Shown one piece after another: positions 14,465 through 27,827 of a stretch of 64,000 bases of DNA. Every line of letters starts with the position of its first letter. Within the stretch, counting starts at the first letter, position 1. The position numbers were made by a program, and so were the translations under genes. This DNA comes from Eledone cirrhosa (Eukaryota): contig OZ024742.1 of the NCBI GenBank assembly GCA_964016885.1, forward strand, positions 335,978,001 through 336,042,000, in the 5' to 3' direction. The notes under the pieces are model-generated. The model had not been told where the DNA came from and did no database searches. It worked only from the letters and a program-made list of their open reading frames with translations.

Positions 14465-15009
14465 ATATATATGATGTATATATGTATATATATATATGAG
14501 AGTGAAAAGAGTATGGAAGAAAAGCACAGCGCATGTATACACAGCACAGCTCCACATATAACATACACATACACAAGTATAGTGAACACTATCTAGGCCG
14601 GTATTTTAAGAAGACAATCCACATCTTTATGAGAGATTGTTAAAAACAAAACGAAATAAAAACAACACAAAACGTAACATAACAGCTGTCATTAGTGACA
14701 GGGGAAAAAAAGCGTAGAAAATCGCGAGGGATAAACTATTTCTGATTGCCGCCATTACTAACATATTTTCCACGTTATTTTATTTTATGATGGCATTCAT
14801 CATAATCATCACCCCTCCTCTCCGCATCTTCATTCATCACAAGGTGACAAATAAGGGATGAAGGATGAAAGATAAATTGTTTGCTAGCATGCTAATTTCT
14901 ACAACGCGCCCAAGCTTTTGAACAGCGAAAGAATGCATAAATACGCGTTTTATGTTTTAAATATAGACGTACTCATAGATTCATAAGCATATATACGCCT
15001 TCTTATGAA

Positions 15010-15089
<80 letters not shown>

Positions 15090-15101
15090 CATACACATAA
15101 G

Positions 15102-15133
<32 letters not shown>

Positions 15134-15239
15134 CACATAAGTATATATTAAATTTCCAATGTACTTATATTACGGATATATATGTGTGTGTATGTGTGTG
15201 TATGTGTGTGTATGTGTGTGTGCGTCCCGGGCCCAATCG

Positions 15240-15400
15240 GTCGGACGCTATGCTTTGACGCATAGAGTTACGGCCCTTGCCATTCTGAGTTCGAATACCG
15301 CCGAGGTTAACTTTGCCTTTCATCCTTACGGGGTCAATAAAATAAAGTACCAGTAATGCACTGGATAATTGCTGGCCTTGTTCCAAACGTAGAATCAATT
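15240..15400 (+). mobile_element. 5'-truncated SINE
   Basis: Matches dominant SINE consensus. Confidence 0.85.
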
Positions 15401-15481
15401 ATTTGACTATATTATAGTAAAAAATATTACGGCGAAGCTTCTATTTCTATTTCTGTATATAATTATATATATTTTAAATTT

Positions 15482-15515
15482 CTGAAGAGAGCAATTCTTT
15501 CAGCTGAAATAGTTA
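15482..15515 (+). ncRNA. Minimal hammerhead-like motif
   Basis: CTGAAGA-G-AGC...GCT-GAAA-TAGT-TA. Confidence 0.5.
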
Positions 15516-15959
15516 GTTGAATAGGCTAATCATATTCATGTAATTTGTGAGTGGAATAACCCATTTAATAATAATTTTTGCTCCAACGACGAATATATAA
15601 TTATGTTATCATATCAGTATCTATGAAATATGGTTCTTCGAATTTTTTTTCTGTTATAAAAATGTATTTCACACACACACACGCACGCACGCACACACAA
15701 ACACAGACACACAGACTCATACACACACACACAGACACAGGCACACACAGACACAGACACACACACAGAAACGCGCGCCCGTACACACACCTTATGAATT
15801 ATCGAAACACTGGGAGTTTGAAGTTGGAGTATGTAAGAACCCTAAAGTTGACGCAGGCGCCTCTGTCAACGTTTCCGTTTCCAGGATCGATTTTATCATC
15901 TATTACTTATAGTGATCAACTGTTATTAAAGTTAATTGCCGCGTTCAGGATTCTCACAT

Positions 15960-16018
<59 letters not shown>

Positions 16019-16329
16019 TATGTATACGTACATACATATATGTATACAGACGTACAGTAGTATGTATATACATACATACATATATGCACACATATATATA
16101 TGTACGTATGGGTTTAGCGAGCATTTATTGTAATGTTCGGTGTGTTTGTAAACAAACAACCCGAATTAAGCCATACAGTGTTCGGCAACCATCGTCACCC
16201 TTTTGTTCAACACTGACAAAGGAATATATATATATATTTATATATATATATATATATATGTATATAATAAAGGAAAAGAAAATAAAGAAAAAATTTTAAT
16301 GTGTATTATTCACATGCAGGAACACATAC

Positions 16330-16421
<92 letters not shown>

Positions 16422-16423
<2 letters not shown>

Positions 16424-17297
16424 TTTCTGAATTTGTTTAGCAAGATTCTTTATCTGAAGACGTGTGTTGAAACCGGTATTGTTATACTTTGGGAGGGTCA
16501 TGTTGCCAGTAAGAAACACATGCACCAGTTGTTTCACTCCAATTTATTATAAATTAAATTATAAATAAAAAAAAATAAAAAAATAAAAATTATAAATTTC
16601 CGGTTAGTTGGTTGGTTCCACAACCGGACGGTTGTTCATATATTGTCAAAGTTCTTTCGTCACACATTATGTGACCTCTTCAGTGACTGGGGCTTCTTTT
16701 GTTTGTTTTGTGCCTCTCCTTTGTTCTGTCCTACGGCATCTTGTTTTTGTGTGTTGTGTGCTTAGTTTGCGCATGTGTTACATCCGGGTGTGTGTCTGTG
16801 TTTTTATTTGTTTATTTGTTTATTTATATGTGACTGGTTGGTTGTTTGTTCTATGTGTGTGTGTTTTCATTTTGTCCTTAATTGTAAGTTGTAATGTTGA
16901 TATTCCATCCATGTTTTCTATTTAATTTTGGTTGGAGTTCATTTATGTTTATTGCCTCTGTGATTTGTCTAAACATTGCGTCTTTTCTGTGTGTAGATTT
17001 TATTTTTATTTCTATTTTCTCTAATTTGCCATTATGTTCTATTTTAGCATGTTGGTGGAGTACTGATGATTCTTTTCTATCTTGAAGCTCTTGCCAGTCA
17101 CTGGAGAGGTCACAGAATGTGTGACGAAAGAACTTTGATAATATATGAACAATCGTCCGGTTGTGGAACCAACCAACCAACCAACAGTAAATTTATAATT
17201 TATTTTTTTTTTAATTTATAATTTAATTTATAATAAATTGGAGTGAAAGCAATAGGTGCGTTTGTTTCCTATTGGCAACATGACCCTCCCAAAGTAT

Positions 17298-17303
<6 letters not shown>
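16422..17303 (-). mobile_element. PLE remnant: GIY-YIG C-terminus, 3'UTR with hammerhead, tail, and inverted copy
   Basis: SVLHQHAKIEH...RQITEAININELQPKLNRKHGWN (~16890-17085); arms 16477-16690 / 17094-17303; hammerhead GTCA-CTGAAGA-GGTCACA..TGTGAC-GAAA-GAAC-TT-TGAC at 16645-16687; tail 16422-16476. Confidence 0.8.
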
Positions 17304-17385
<82 letters not shown>

Positions 17386-17582
17386 ATACAGTATTTACGT
17401 ATCGAGAGAGAGAAAAAAAGGGGAAGATAGGTGATACATATAGTTATTTGCCAAGTAGCGTATGCCAAAGGTGCTCGATACTAGTGTCGGCAGTATTAAA
17501 TATTCGAAGTGTTAATATTTAGTGGGCTAGAGAATTAGCAGAGCGTTTTAACGGTCTATTCTCCGATTTCTTACTTGCCCAC

Positions 17583-17629
<47 letters not shown>

Positions 17630-17630
<1 letters not shown>

Positions 17631-17825
17631 TAAAAAATTTAAATTAAATTAATTTAAGGGTGTCATGTCAGAGAGACATGCGCCATATCCACTGTAGAAT
17701 ATGCTCCAAGATTCCAATGAATAGATCCGAGCATTTTATATAAACTAGAAATTGATTGACATATATATATATCTAAAATAAACATGTTTATTTTAGATAT
17801 ATACATATGTCAATCAATTTCTAGT

Positions 17826-17826
<1 letters not shown>
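17630..17826 (-). mobile_element. Loopless 84-bp palindrome plus tail in (TA)n
   Basis: 17743-17826 centred on AAACA|TGTTT, 1 mismatch; tail 17630-17742. Confidence 0.7.
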
Positions 17827-17858
<32 letters not shown>

Positions 17859-17865
<7 letters not shown>

Positions 17866-18225
17866 GTTTGTATATGTATAATAAAGCCAAAACAATGCAG
17901 GTATGAACATAGAATAAAGAATGCAAATGAAAAAGATATTGTTGACAATTAGTCTTTTACCTTAGATTTATTTAAATGTCCTTAATTTTCGAGATAATAT
18001 CTCTTCTTCAGAGGGAACTAAAGCTGTTAATCCAGTGTTCTAAATAGCTTGCCAAGTCAATTAAGGACATTTAAATAAATCTAAGGTAAAAGACTAATTG
18101 TCAACAATATCTTTTGCATTTGCATTCTTTATTCTATGTCCATATCTGCATTGTTTTGGCTTTATTATGCATATACAAACGTTTATACCTCATTACACAA
18201 TGCTTTAAGTGAACTATAATCTCCT

Positions 18226-18227
<2 letters not shown>
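17859..18227 (+). mobile_element. Hairpin-plus-tail PLE remnant with a hammerhead core in the spacer
   Basis: Arms 17859-17987 / 18059-18187; minus strand CCT-CTGAAGA-A-GAGATATTATCTC-GAAA-ATTA-AGG (17980-18014); tail 18188-18227. Confidence 0.8.
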
Positions 18228-18264
<37 letters not shown>

Positions 18265-18269
<5 letters not shown>

Positions 18270-18458
18270 TTGAAAAAAAGGGAAAGAATGACTTCACTTG
18301 TAGTGTTTAAAAAATGGTGATTTAATTTCATATAATATTAACTCATAATATTATGATATAAAATTAAATCAAACATTTTTTAACGCTACAAGTGAAGTCA
18401 TTCTTTTCCTTTTTTTTCAAATATACCTAACTGTACCAAGAGTCTCACACATTTTCAA
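18265..18458 (+). mobile_element. Hairpin-plus-tail insert in (TA)n
   Basis: ~75-bp arms 18265-18340 / 18346-18425; tail 18426-18458. Confidence 0.75.
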
Positions 18459-18480
18459 ATATATATATATATATATATAT

Positions 18481-18527
<47 letters not shown>

Positions 18528-19050
18528 TAAAAGGAAAAGAAAATGCTAACAAATTGTTCCCAGTGAAAAATAGTTTAGGAATAAGTAAAAATTAGTAATA
18601 AGTATTGGTTAGTATTCAGTTTTAGTTTTAAGTTTTTACCGGTTGCGCATTTCTAATGCTTTTCAAAAATAATTTTGAGATAGAGCGCCCGTGATGTTTG
18701 CTCTAATCTGATTAGTTTTGGAAATTCTACCTGTTTTATGTGAAAAAAGTAGCTCCAGAAGTATTAAAATAAGTTTCGCGCCAATTCGTATTGCAAAAAT
18801 TCTTGTGGTCAAAACAAATTTGATTGGTCGGTAGAGGTCACGTGAATGTTAAAAATTGATTTTGCGCCAAATGTAGGTTTGTCGAAGAGTGTCCCTGATT
18901 GAGAAGTCACTGAAAAATAAGTCTTTTAAGACAAATATGTGTTTGTATGTGTAGTAAAGAGGTTCATTGTTGTGATAATGGTCAGTAGGGATGTGTGTGT
19001 GAATTGCAGTCATGTTGAAAAGTCAACAGTTCAGGTGCCTATTAAGACAA

Positions 19051-19148
<98 letters not shown>

Positions 19149-19329
19149 CAGAGTAATTCGTGGTAGAGGGATCCGCCAGTAGGAATGTGTCTGTACGTGT
19201 GTGGGGGATATTTTAACATGTTGAAAGATATATTTCAGCTCTTGTCTTATACGGAGAAGTGTGTGTGTGTTTGTATATGTCTCTTTGTATGTTAGTGTAC
19301 GCGTGTGTATGTGTGTGTGTATATATGTG

Positions 19330-19365
<36 letters not shown>

Positions 19366-19819
19366 GGGGGGGGGGCAGTATTTTTGTGATACTGGTAAAA
19401 ATGTTGTACATTATTCTATATTTTCAGCAAAAACGATTCTCTCAAGAGAACATCAAAAACATTAATAATAAAAGGTGTGAAATGATACATAGTATTGTCA
19501 TAACACAAAGGTGTGTGTGAGTGTCCAGATTGTACGTACTGCATGGGGAATCTATTAGGCCCTGCCGTATTGGAATACTTGTGTACAAATATGTATGTGC
19601 CCATCAGTGTGCAATGCATGTGTGCGTATCTGTATGTGTGTGTGTCGGCACGATTATATCTATAGACATCAAAAGGTATGCAAATTTGTGTATATTTGTG
19701 TTGCACCATAGAACATGTGTGTTTACCTATGTCATTGTGTTCATATGTGGATAGAGATGTATGCAGGATGTATGCTGATGTAGGTATGTATGTTGACGTG
19801 TGTATTTTGTGGGTTCGTC

Positions 19820-21686
19820 TTAGGGAGAAGTGTTTAGACGGGGTCCGTATTTGTTAATAAAGTGAGATTCCTTGCTGATGCGCTGGGTGTGGGTGGCATT
19901 ATCTTTAAATTTGTAGAGGGGAAATATTCTGAAGTTGGGATGATTTTGGGCGGCACAGGTATCAATGTGTTCACTGACTGGTATTTTCCTGTATTCCCGT
20001 ATTTTAATTTGGGATCTATGGACAGTCATGCGTTGGCGGAGGCTGTTTTTGGTCTGGCCTATGTATTGTTCTCGACAACCTGAGCAAGTTAATACATATA
20101 TTAGATTTTCTGATGCGCATGTGAAATTGTGTTTTACTATAAAGCGTTGTCCTTCTTTGAAATAGAATTCAGAACCCTCTATTAGGTTGATGCATATGCT
20201 ACAGTAGGGTCTATCGCATTTTTTTACTGTGGGTTTCGTTGTTGTGGTTGGCAGTACTTTGGCATGTGTTAGGATGTTTTTCATTGACTTAAATTGTCTT
20301 TTGTTCTTTATGATATCGTTTGTTCGAAGGATTTGATTCATTCTATGGTCCTTTTTTAACACAGGGATGTTCTGGAGGATGGTGTCAAAGGCTTCATTGT
20401 TGAGGGTGTTGTGTGTGGAGATGTATGGAAGAGCTTTTAGTTTCGGTTGATTTACTTTAGGGTGTCTAAGGTCCTGGGTACTGAGTTTTAGGGCACGTTG
20501 GATTCCATTGTCAATTAGTGATGCAGGGTAGTCTCTGCCTATGAGTGTGTCCTTTAGTTCTTGTAGCCGTAAGCATCTAGATATCGCTTCCAGTTCTTTT
20601 CTATGTGTAAGTGGAGAGTGTTTCCAAATTTGTTTAGTACTTTAGTGTAGAGGGTGATTTCCAGGTATCCCATGACTAGGTTGGCATAAGTGAGGGCTGT
20701 TTTCGTTCCCATAGCGGTCCCAGATTTTTGCCTGTAGGATTTGTTATTGAAAACGAAGTAATTATTCTCCAAGATAAATTTGTGTTCCTCTATCACGAAT
20801 TCTTTTTTTATACGTTGTGGGAGTTCATTGTGGTAATTATCCAGCCAGAATTGGATAGCTTCTATTCCTAGGTTGTGGGGGATGTTGGAGTATAGGTTGA
20901 CTACATCGAACGTCACTAGTAGGGTTTGTTCAGAAAGGGGCATATTAGGGAGGTGATTGAGCATATCTAGGTCGTCCCTTATATAGCATTTGATGTGTAT
21001 GAGAAAAGGCTTGAGAATGGTATCAATGAAGTTGCTAAGGCGGTTGGTTTCGCAAGCGAGGCCTGCTATTATAGGTCTTAATTTGAGATAATTGGGTGAG
21101 GGGACATTGATGACTATGTCTGTGGCTTCTTTGCATGCCTTACTTATTAATTCGCTTTTATGTACATTAGGGATAACGTAGAAAAGGCTGGATTTACTTG
21201 TGAAGTCTGTGATGAAGCGGAATTCCTTGTTAGTGAGTCCTTCTTTGTATTGGTTGATCAGAGTTTTTAGGTTTCTCATAATTTTCTGTTGATTGTAGTG
21301 TTCAGCCTGTTCGTAGTATGTTTCGTTTTCCAAAGTGGAGAGCGCTAAGTTGATATAGAATTCTGTCTCCATTAGGTCTACTGTACTCCCTTTATCAGCC
21401 TCTTTAATTGTAATGGTTCTGTCGGTTTTTAGTCTATTTAATTCTTCCCATTCTTTCTTGTTGAGGTTTGGCTTGTGTTTTTGTCTGTGCAAGTGTTGGT
21501 AAGGGAAGTTTGTGATGTGTTCACAGAATTCGTCCAGGATTTTATTCCTACCTTTTGATGGGGTGTAGTTGCTTCTATTTCTGGCTAATGATTCATCCTC
21601 ACTGTACTGGTCGAATAGTTCTTCACTGAGTCGTAACTTTCTACAGAAGTCTGTGATGTCTTCCTTCATTTCATAGTAATTAGGAC
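19820..21686 (-). pseudogene. PLE RT + GIY-YIG endonuclease, 5'-truncated, with internal deletion and frameshift after YLD
   Basis: ADKG, LRPIIAG, FDVVNLYSNIP, GTAMG, WKRYLD; second frame LRLQELK...KKCDRPYCSIC...NLIYVLTCSGCREQYIGQT..H..H..ESHFI..PRLN. Confidence 0.9.
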
Positions 21687-22038
21687 GTAGATACGCACAC
21701 ATGCATTGCACACTGATGGGCACATACATATTTGTACACAAGTATTCCAATACTGCAGGGCCTAATTGATTCCCCATGCAGTACGTACAATCTGGACACT
21801 CACACACACCTTGGATTATGCCAATACTATATATCATTTCACACCTTTTATTATTAATGTTTTTGATGTTCTCTTGAGAGAATCGTTTTTGCTGAAAATA
21901 TCGAATAATGTACACCATTTTTACCAGTATCACAAAAATACTGGTCCCCCCCCCCCACACACACACATACACACATATACATACACACACATATATATAC
22001 ACATACACATAGACACGCGTACACTAACATACAAAGAG

Positions 22039-22074
<36 letters not shown>

Positions 22075-22611
22075 ACTTCTCCGTATAAGACAAGAGCTGA
22101 AATATATCTTTCAACATGTTAAAATATCCCCGTACACACGTACAGACACACTCCTACTGACCGATCCCTCTACCACGAATTACTCTGCTACACACACACA
22201 CACACACATGCACACACACACACATTTGTCTTAATAGGCACCTGAACTGTTGACCTTTCAACATGACTGCAATTCACACAGAAATCCCTACTGACCATTA
22301 TCACAACAATGAACCTCTTTACTACACACACACACACATTTGTCTTAAAAGACTTATTTTTCAGTGACTTCTCAATCAGGCGAAAAAGGACACTCTTCGA
22401 CAAACCTACATTTGGCGCAAAATCAATTTTTAACATTCACGTAACCTCTACTGACCAATCAAATTTGTTTTGACCACAAGAATTTTTGTAACACGAATTG
22501 GCGCGAAACTTATTTTAATACCTCTGGAGCCACTTTTTTCACATAAAACAGGTAGAATTTCAAAAACTAATCAGATTAGAGCAAACATCACGGGCGCTCT
22601 ATCTCAAAATT

Positions 22612-22650
22612 ATTTTTGAAAAGCATTAGAAATGCGCAACCGGTAAAAAT
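22612..22650 (+). ncRNA. Minimal variant hammerhead (mirror copy 18632-18670, minus strand)
   Basis: ATTT-TTGAAAA-GCATT aga AATGC-GCAA-CCGG-TA-AAAAT, identical core in both arms. Confidence 0.55.
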
Positions 22651-22797
22651 TTAAAACTAAAACTGAATACTAACCAATACTTATTACTAATTTTTACTTA
22701 TTCCTAATTAAACTATTTTTCACTGGGAACAATTTGTCAGCATTTTCTATTCCGTTTACCAATATATCACAACTCGTGTGTTACACCTCTATTCTTT

Positions 22798-23380
<583 letters not shown>

Positions 23381-24164
23381 TTTTGATTTAAAAGAAACAA
23401 AAAGAGCTTATTTATTATACTTTTAAAATGTATTTTTTAAATATATGGAAAAAATATTAAGATTAAACAATAATTAACAAAAATTAACTAACTAAACATT
23501 TGCTATGGGGTTGTGAACATTGCGCGCGCACAATGTAGCTGTAGTTATGCCTTTAAACGGACGTGCAACACATCCTAATTTGAGCTAATATTGTTTATTC
23601 TTGTCAGTGAGTATACTGCTTTCGTTAAAGATATTTCTAGTTTTACAATTATTCTTTAAACATTGTTTAGTTTGTGCCAAACCCCATTATGCAAAAAAAT
23701 AAAAAATAAAAAATAAAAATGCAAATGTAAAATGTAAAATATTACAAAGAAAATGGACGGTTTTATATTTTTTGTCGACTTTAAGGGTAAATCTACAAGT
23801 TTGTTTTGCAATAACCACATTTCTGTTGCTAAAGATTATAATGTTCAACGGCATTACGAAAAGAATTTCAAAGAATATAGTGGCAAGATTCGAGAAGAAA
23901 ACTATGCTAAATTATACACTCACACAATCTGTACTCTTATTTTTTTAAAGTGTGATGCTGCAGTTAGAGCTAGCTATGTGATTGTAAATAAGATATCTTT
24001 CCCTGTTGTATAGCCTTTGAAAGGCCATACAACAGGGAAAGCTATATTTCAATCTTTGGATAGATTAGGCATAAATTGAAAAAGAAAATGGTGAATATTA
24101 CTACAGATCGAGTTCTGCAAATGGAAGGCAATGATTTAGGTGTAGTGGTCAAATGAATATCAAA

Positions 24165-26400
24165 ATTGTAGGCTACAAATACTACGCCTTCTAGTGGGAC
24201 CTGTCAGTTGCAAAAGTCTCCAATTGAACCGACTGGGTCCCCAAGACAGACCAGCCGAACTTCTGAATGTTATCCAACTATCTTGCTCGGGATCTACCCC
24301 TGGGTCTCCTGTTAGTTGGTTTTGCCCATGAAATCTGTCCGGCGATTCTTTCCTGATACATTCTAACCACATGCCCATAGTATCGGAGCTGTGATCTCTC
24401 AATTCGGAGATGTAGTGGCTTTACTTGGAGCGACTCCAAGTAGAGCCACTTGAAATTCTCCACTTACTTCAGTGGAACTCAACTCACATGTAAAGTGCAC
24501 TGTGCAGGCTTCCTTGAGATGACGAGTATTTCTGTCTCCAAAGCACTGATTTTTTTCTCTTGCCGTGCAGCACTCTGCATCAGACAAATCAAACGCATGC
24601 TGGAGATCACCTTTTGATGAGTTAAATAATACTATGTCCCCAGAAAATTCTACCCGACTTATCTTCTTACAACTGCCAGTCATATCACATTCAACCCGGC
24701 TGCGCATGTCAATCCTGTTCATGAAGGTTATGAACAGGAGAGAGGGCAACAAGAAGCTGTCCATCGACTCCATATTCCCGCAGAACCTGCTACAGGTGGT
24801 CTCGGATAATGCAGTCATAAGTCTTGTCGAGGTCTACGAAACAAGCATATGCCTCTTGGCAATATTCACACGATTTCTCAAAGACCTACTGCAGTGTGAA
24901 TATTTGGCCGGCTGTTCAGCGTCTGGGACGAAATCCTCACTGTTTATCAGCTAGTTTGGAGTCGACAATATCCCTACATCTCTTTACCGGATACTTAGTA
25001 TAGAGGGATGCTTAACAAGGAGATCCCTCTATAATTGGAGCAGTCTCTCTTGTCTGCCATCCTGAAAATTGGGATCACCACTCCCGATTGCCATTGCTTA
25101 AGTACCTTTCATGATATCCAGGCCACCCGGTACACACGAGTCAGCCAGAGAATAGCTTCTGTTTAAGGCTTTCAACATCACGGGACGAATTTCATGCTCC
25201 CCAGCAACCTTTCCACATTTGAGCTCTTTAATATCTCTTGTGACCCCAGCGTCCGGGAGATTAGTCATCTCTCTTAGATACACCTCGTGTAGTTCGGAAA
25301 ATATTGGTGTGACCGGGACTCTCTAAAGAGAAGAGAACTCCTGACGCGTTCCTGATATTTGGTATGGTGGGGACTGTTTATTATGAAGTCGGCGTTTGGG
25401 CTGGTAGAACACATTATATGGTGATCTGGAGTTGGATTATAGCTTAACCCGAAAGTCCTCCCTTGTCTTAACTTTAGACACCTTTATTGTCTCTGCTGCG
25501 ACATTCCGCGCCTGCTTATACCGCAAGTGCAAGAAGGATGACTCATTTCCATGACAAGCTTTGTTTGCTCGGATGGCATTTTTGACCTTGATTAAACCAA
25601 GGGGCCATCCTACCACACGGCGCCACATCAAGCCGCTTTTGCCCGCAGCATTTAACTGCTGATGTAGAAACTGCCGAGCTAAACAATCTCTACTCCGTTT
25701 CAACGTCCTCAGTTTGCTCAGAGCTCTCTGAATTTTGATGCAATAGTATCCTCAAACCAGTTCCTGACTTCTTTATCCGCCAAAACTTCCCATTATATCC
25801 TGTAGCTTGAACTGGACCTGCAGGTTTTGTGGGCTTCCTTGACCTTAGGTGGTCTCAGGTTGCCGATAACTAGATGGTGATCAGTTGACAGCTCAGCCCC
25901 CCCCCCCTCTTAATATGAACATCCAGCACAAAATCGAAGCGGTCAGAAAACAATAACATAATTATTTATTTATTTCTGTCCCTGATTCCCGTTTTACCAT
26001 CTCTTTTATCTCTTTTACCTGTTCCAGCCATCCGGCTGAGGCTATGCTGGGACACCGCCCTTGGTGTATTTATGAATCTCTTTTTGCTGGAAGCTGTTCA
26101 TAATAGAGATCCCATTACTAGAACAATTATATTTACAACGGGATCGATTTATATATTTACATCGTCAGTGCCAACATGTCCACTGAAGTCTCCCATCAGG
26201 ATAAATGACTCAGTCTTAACTACATCTAACAGTGACTTCTTCAAGGAAAGATCTGTATTCAGACTCTTTGTTTGGTGCATAAACTTGCACCACCCTCGGA
26301 GACCTATCTTTCAGCCTAAACTTCAAGAGACAAATCCTCCATCCAAATCGGATTCAGCCCATAGCACATTCTGAAAACGTTCTTACGGGAAATGAAGCAA
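24165..26400 (-). mobile_element. RTE-clade LINE, degenerate, with internal deletions
   Basis: VYAPN, ILMGDFSGHVG, LSTDHHLV, CSNYRGISLLS, CFVDLDK, QLRYYGHVVRM..RRPRGR. Confidence 0.85.
25990..26065. mobile_element. Short SINE fragment of a different family inside the RTE
   Basis: ATCTCTTTTACCTGTTCCAGCCATCCGGCTGAGGCTATGCTGGGACACCGCC interrupts the APE region; family recalled, not searched. Confidence 0.4.
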
Positions 26401-27136
26401 AATCTCTCCATTTTCCTAGATTCGTTTTCTTTGTGTCCCCAAATCTCCAACTTGAACTGATAGACATGAAGTGCGATTTAGCTCTCAAGGATAAGTTTTC
26501 GAATGTAAACATTAAAACATTTTATCAGTATTAGCGAGATAAATATCCTGAACTTCAACTGTATATTGCAAAAATTATTTCTATGTTCGGAGTTCATATG
26601 TTTACGAACAGTTATTTTCTCGAATGAATATAAACAAATTAAATTATTCACGTATAACTGCTGGCCATTTAAAGGCAGTAATGAATGTTTCATCCACTGT
26701 GCCCTTTTCTCCAAAATTCGATATTCTGGTAGAAAAGAAAGAACAAGTTTCAGAAAGCTACACAAAAATTTAAGATAAAAAGATAACTTTCATTTAATTT
26801 CTCTTTGTGTATAAAAAAGGGTATTGTACAGATATCGTTTCTCGATTATCTGCCCTTGATGAATATCTTTCTTTCAAGTCTTCTCGAATATTTGGACAAT
26901 TTCTGTCCCCGATATAAATCTAAGGACTCTTGGACGGTATATATGCCTTGTGAATTTTCCCCCATACATCTCTACACACCAAATTTGCTAACACACCATA
27001 TTTCTTTTTTTTTTATTGGTCATAGAGTTAAGTTGTTATATTGTATATTGATTCATGTATTTATATACATTGATCTACATTCTATCAGTGCTATTAGAGA
27101 TTCGCACCTCCAACCAAAAAATCAAGACATTAATTA

Positions 27137-27480
27137 AGTGGATTGGCAGTATCGGTAGAGGGTCGGACGCTATGCGTCCCTTTACGATCTGAGTTCAAAT
27201 CCCGCCAAGGTTGACTTTGCCTTTCATCCTTACGGGGTCGATAAAATAACGTACCAGTAATGCACTGGGATAATTGCTGGCCTTGTGCCTAAAGTAGAAA
27301 CAATTAATTAAAAAGAAAACAACATGCTTTGCAGCACAGTTATGTCCCTTTACGGACTGAGTTCAAATCCCGCCGAGGTTAACTTTGCCTTTCATCCTTA
27401 CGGGGTTGATAAAATAACGTACCAGTAATGCACTGTGATAATTGCTGGCCTTGTGCCAAAAGTCGAAACAATTAATTAAA
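27137..27480 (+). mobile_element. Two tandem SINE copies
   Basis: 27137-27305 and 27325-27480; both followed by AATTAATTAAAAAGAAAA. Confidence 0.9.
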
Positions 27481-27515
27481 AAGAAAATTCAAGAGGATGA
27501 TTTTAGACAGGATTT

Positions 27516-27827
27516 TGTTTTGAATTTTCATTTTTAGAATTATTTACAAAAATAAACCTCTTAAATGACCATGTTTTGAATTGGAAAAATGCGAAATATT
27601 GTTATGTATTTCTATTTCACTTAAAATAAATGACCACTTTCAAATAGTTTTAAAAATTGGATAGAAAAGCGTGTCATTAATATAAAGTGAAATTGATATA
27701 AATACTCATTTTTCGCTTTTTATCCGATTTGTTAAAAAACAAAGTTCTCAATTTTTAAAAACTTTTGAAACCTGGTCATTTATTTTAAGTGAAATTGAAA
27801 TAATTCTAAAATTAAGAATTCAAAACA
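27516..27827. repeat. AT-rich nested inverted repeat, MITE-like
   Basis: 27608-27660 / 27749-27801 and outer 27516-27545 / 27798-27827. Confidence 0.55.

Larger units (their letters stand above)
18526..22800 (-). mobile_element. Penelope-like retroelement (Neptune-type) with ~1.1-kb inverted pseudo-LTRs in (TA)n
   Basis: Arms 18526-19632 / 21689-22760; 40-bp tail 22761-22800; internal RT + GIY-YIG. Confidence 0.9.

Noticed and set aside
21687-22008. N-terminal ~105 aa of the 484-aa ORF as a novel RT domain
   Set aside because: Read-through from the antisense pseudo-LTR arm; real homology begins at RPNYYE (~21686).
18526-22760. Long inverted repeats as DNA-transposon TIRs
   Set aside because: Interior is RT + GIY-YIG, the arms are its 3'UTR, and the ends are asymmetric.
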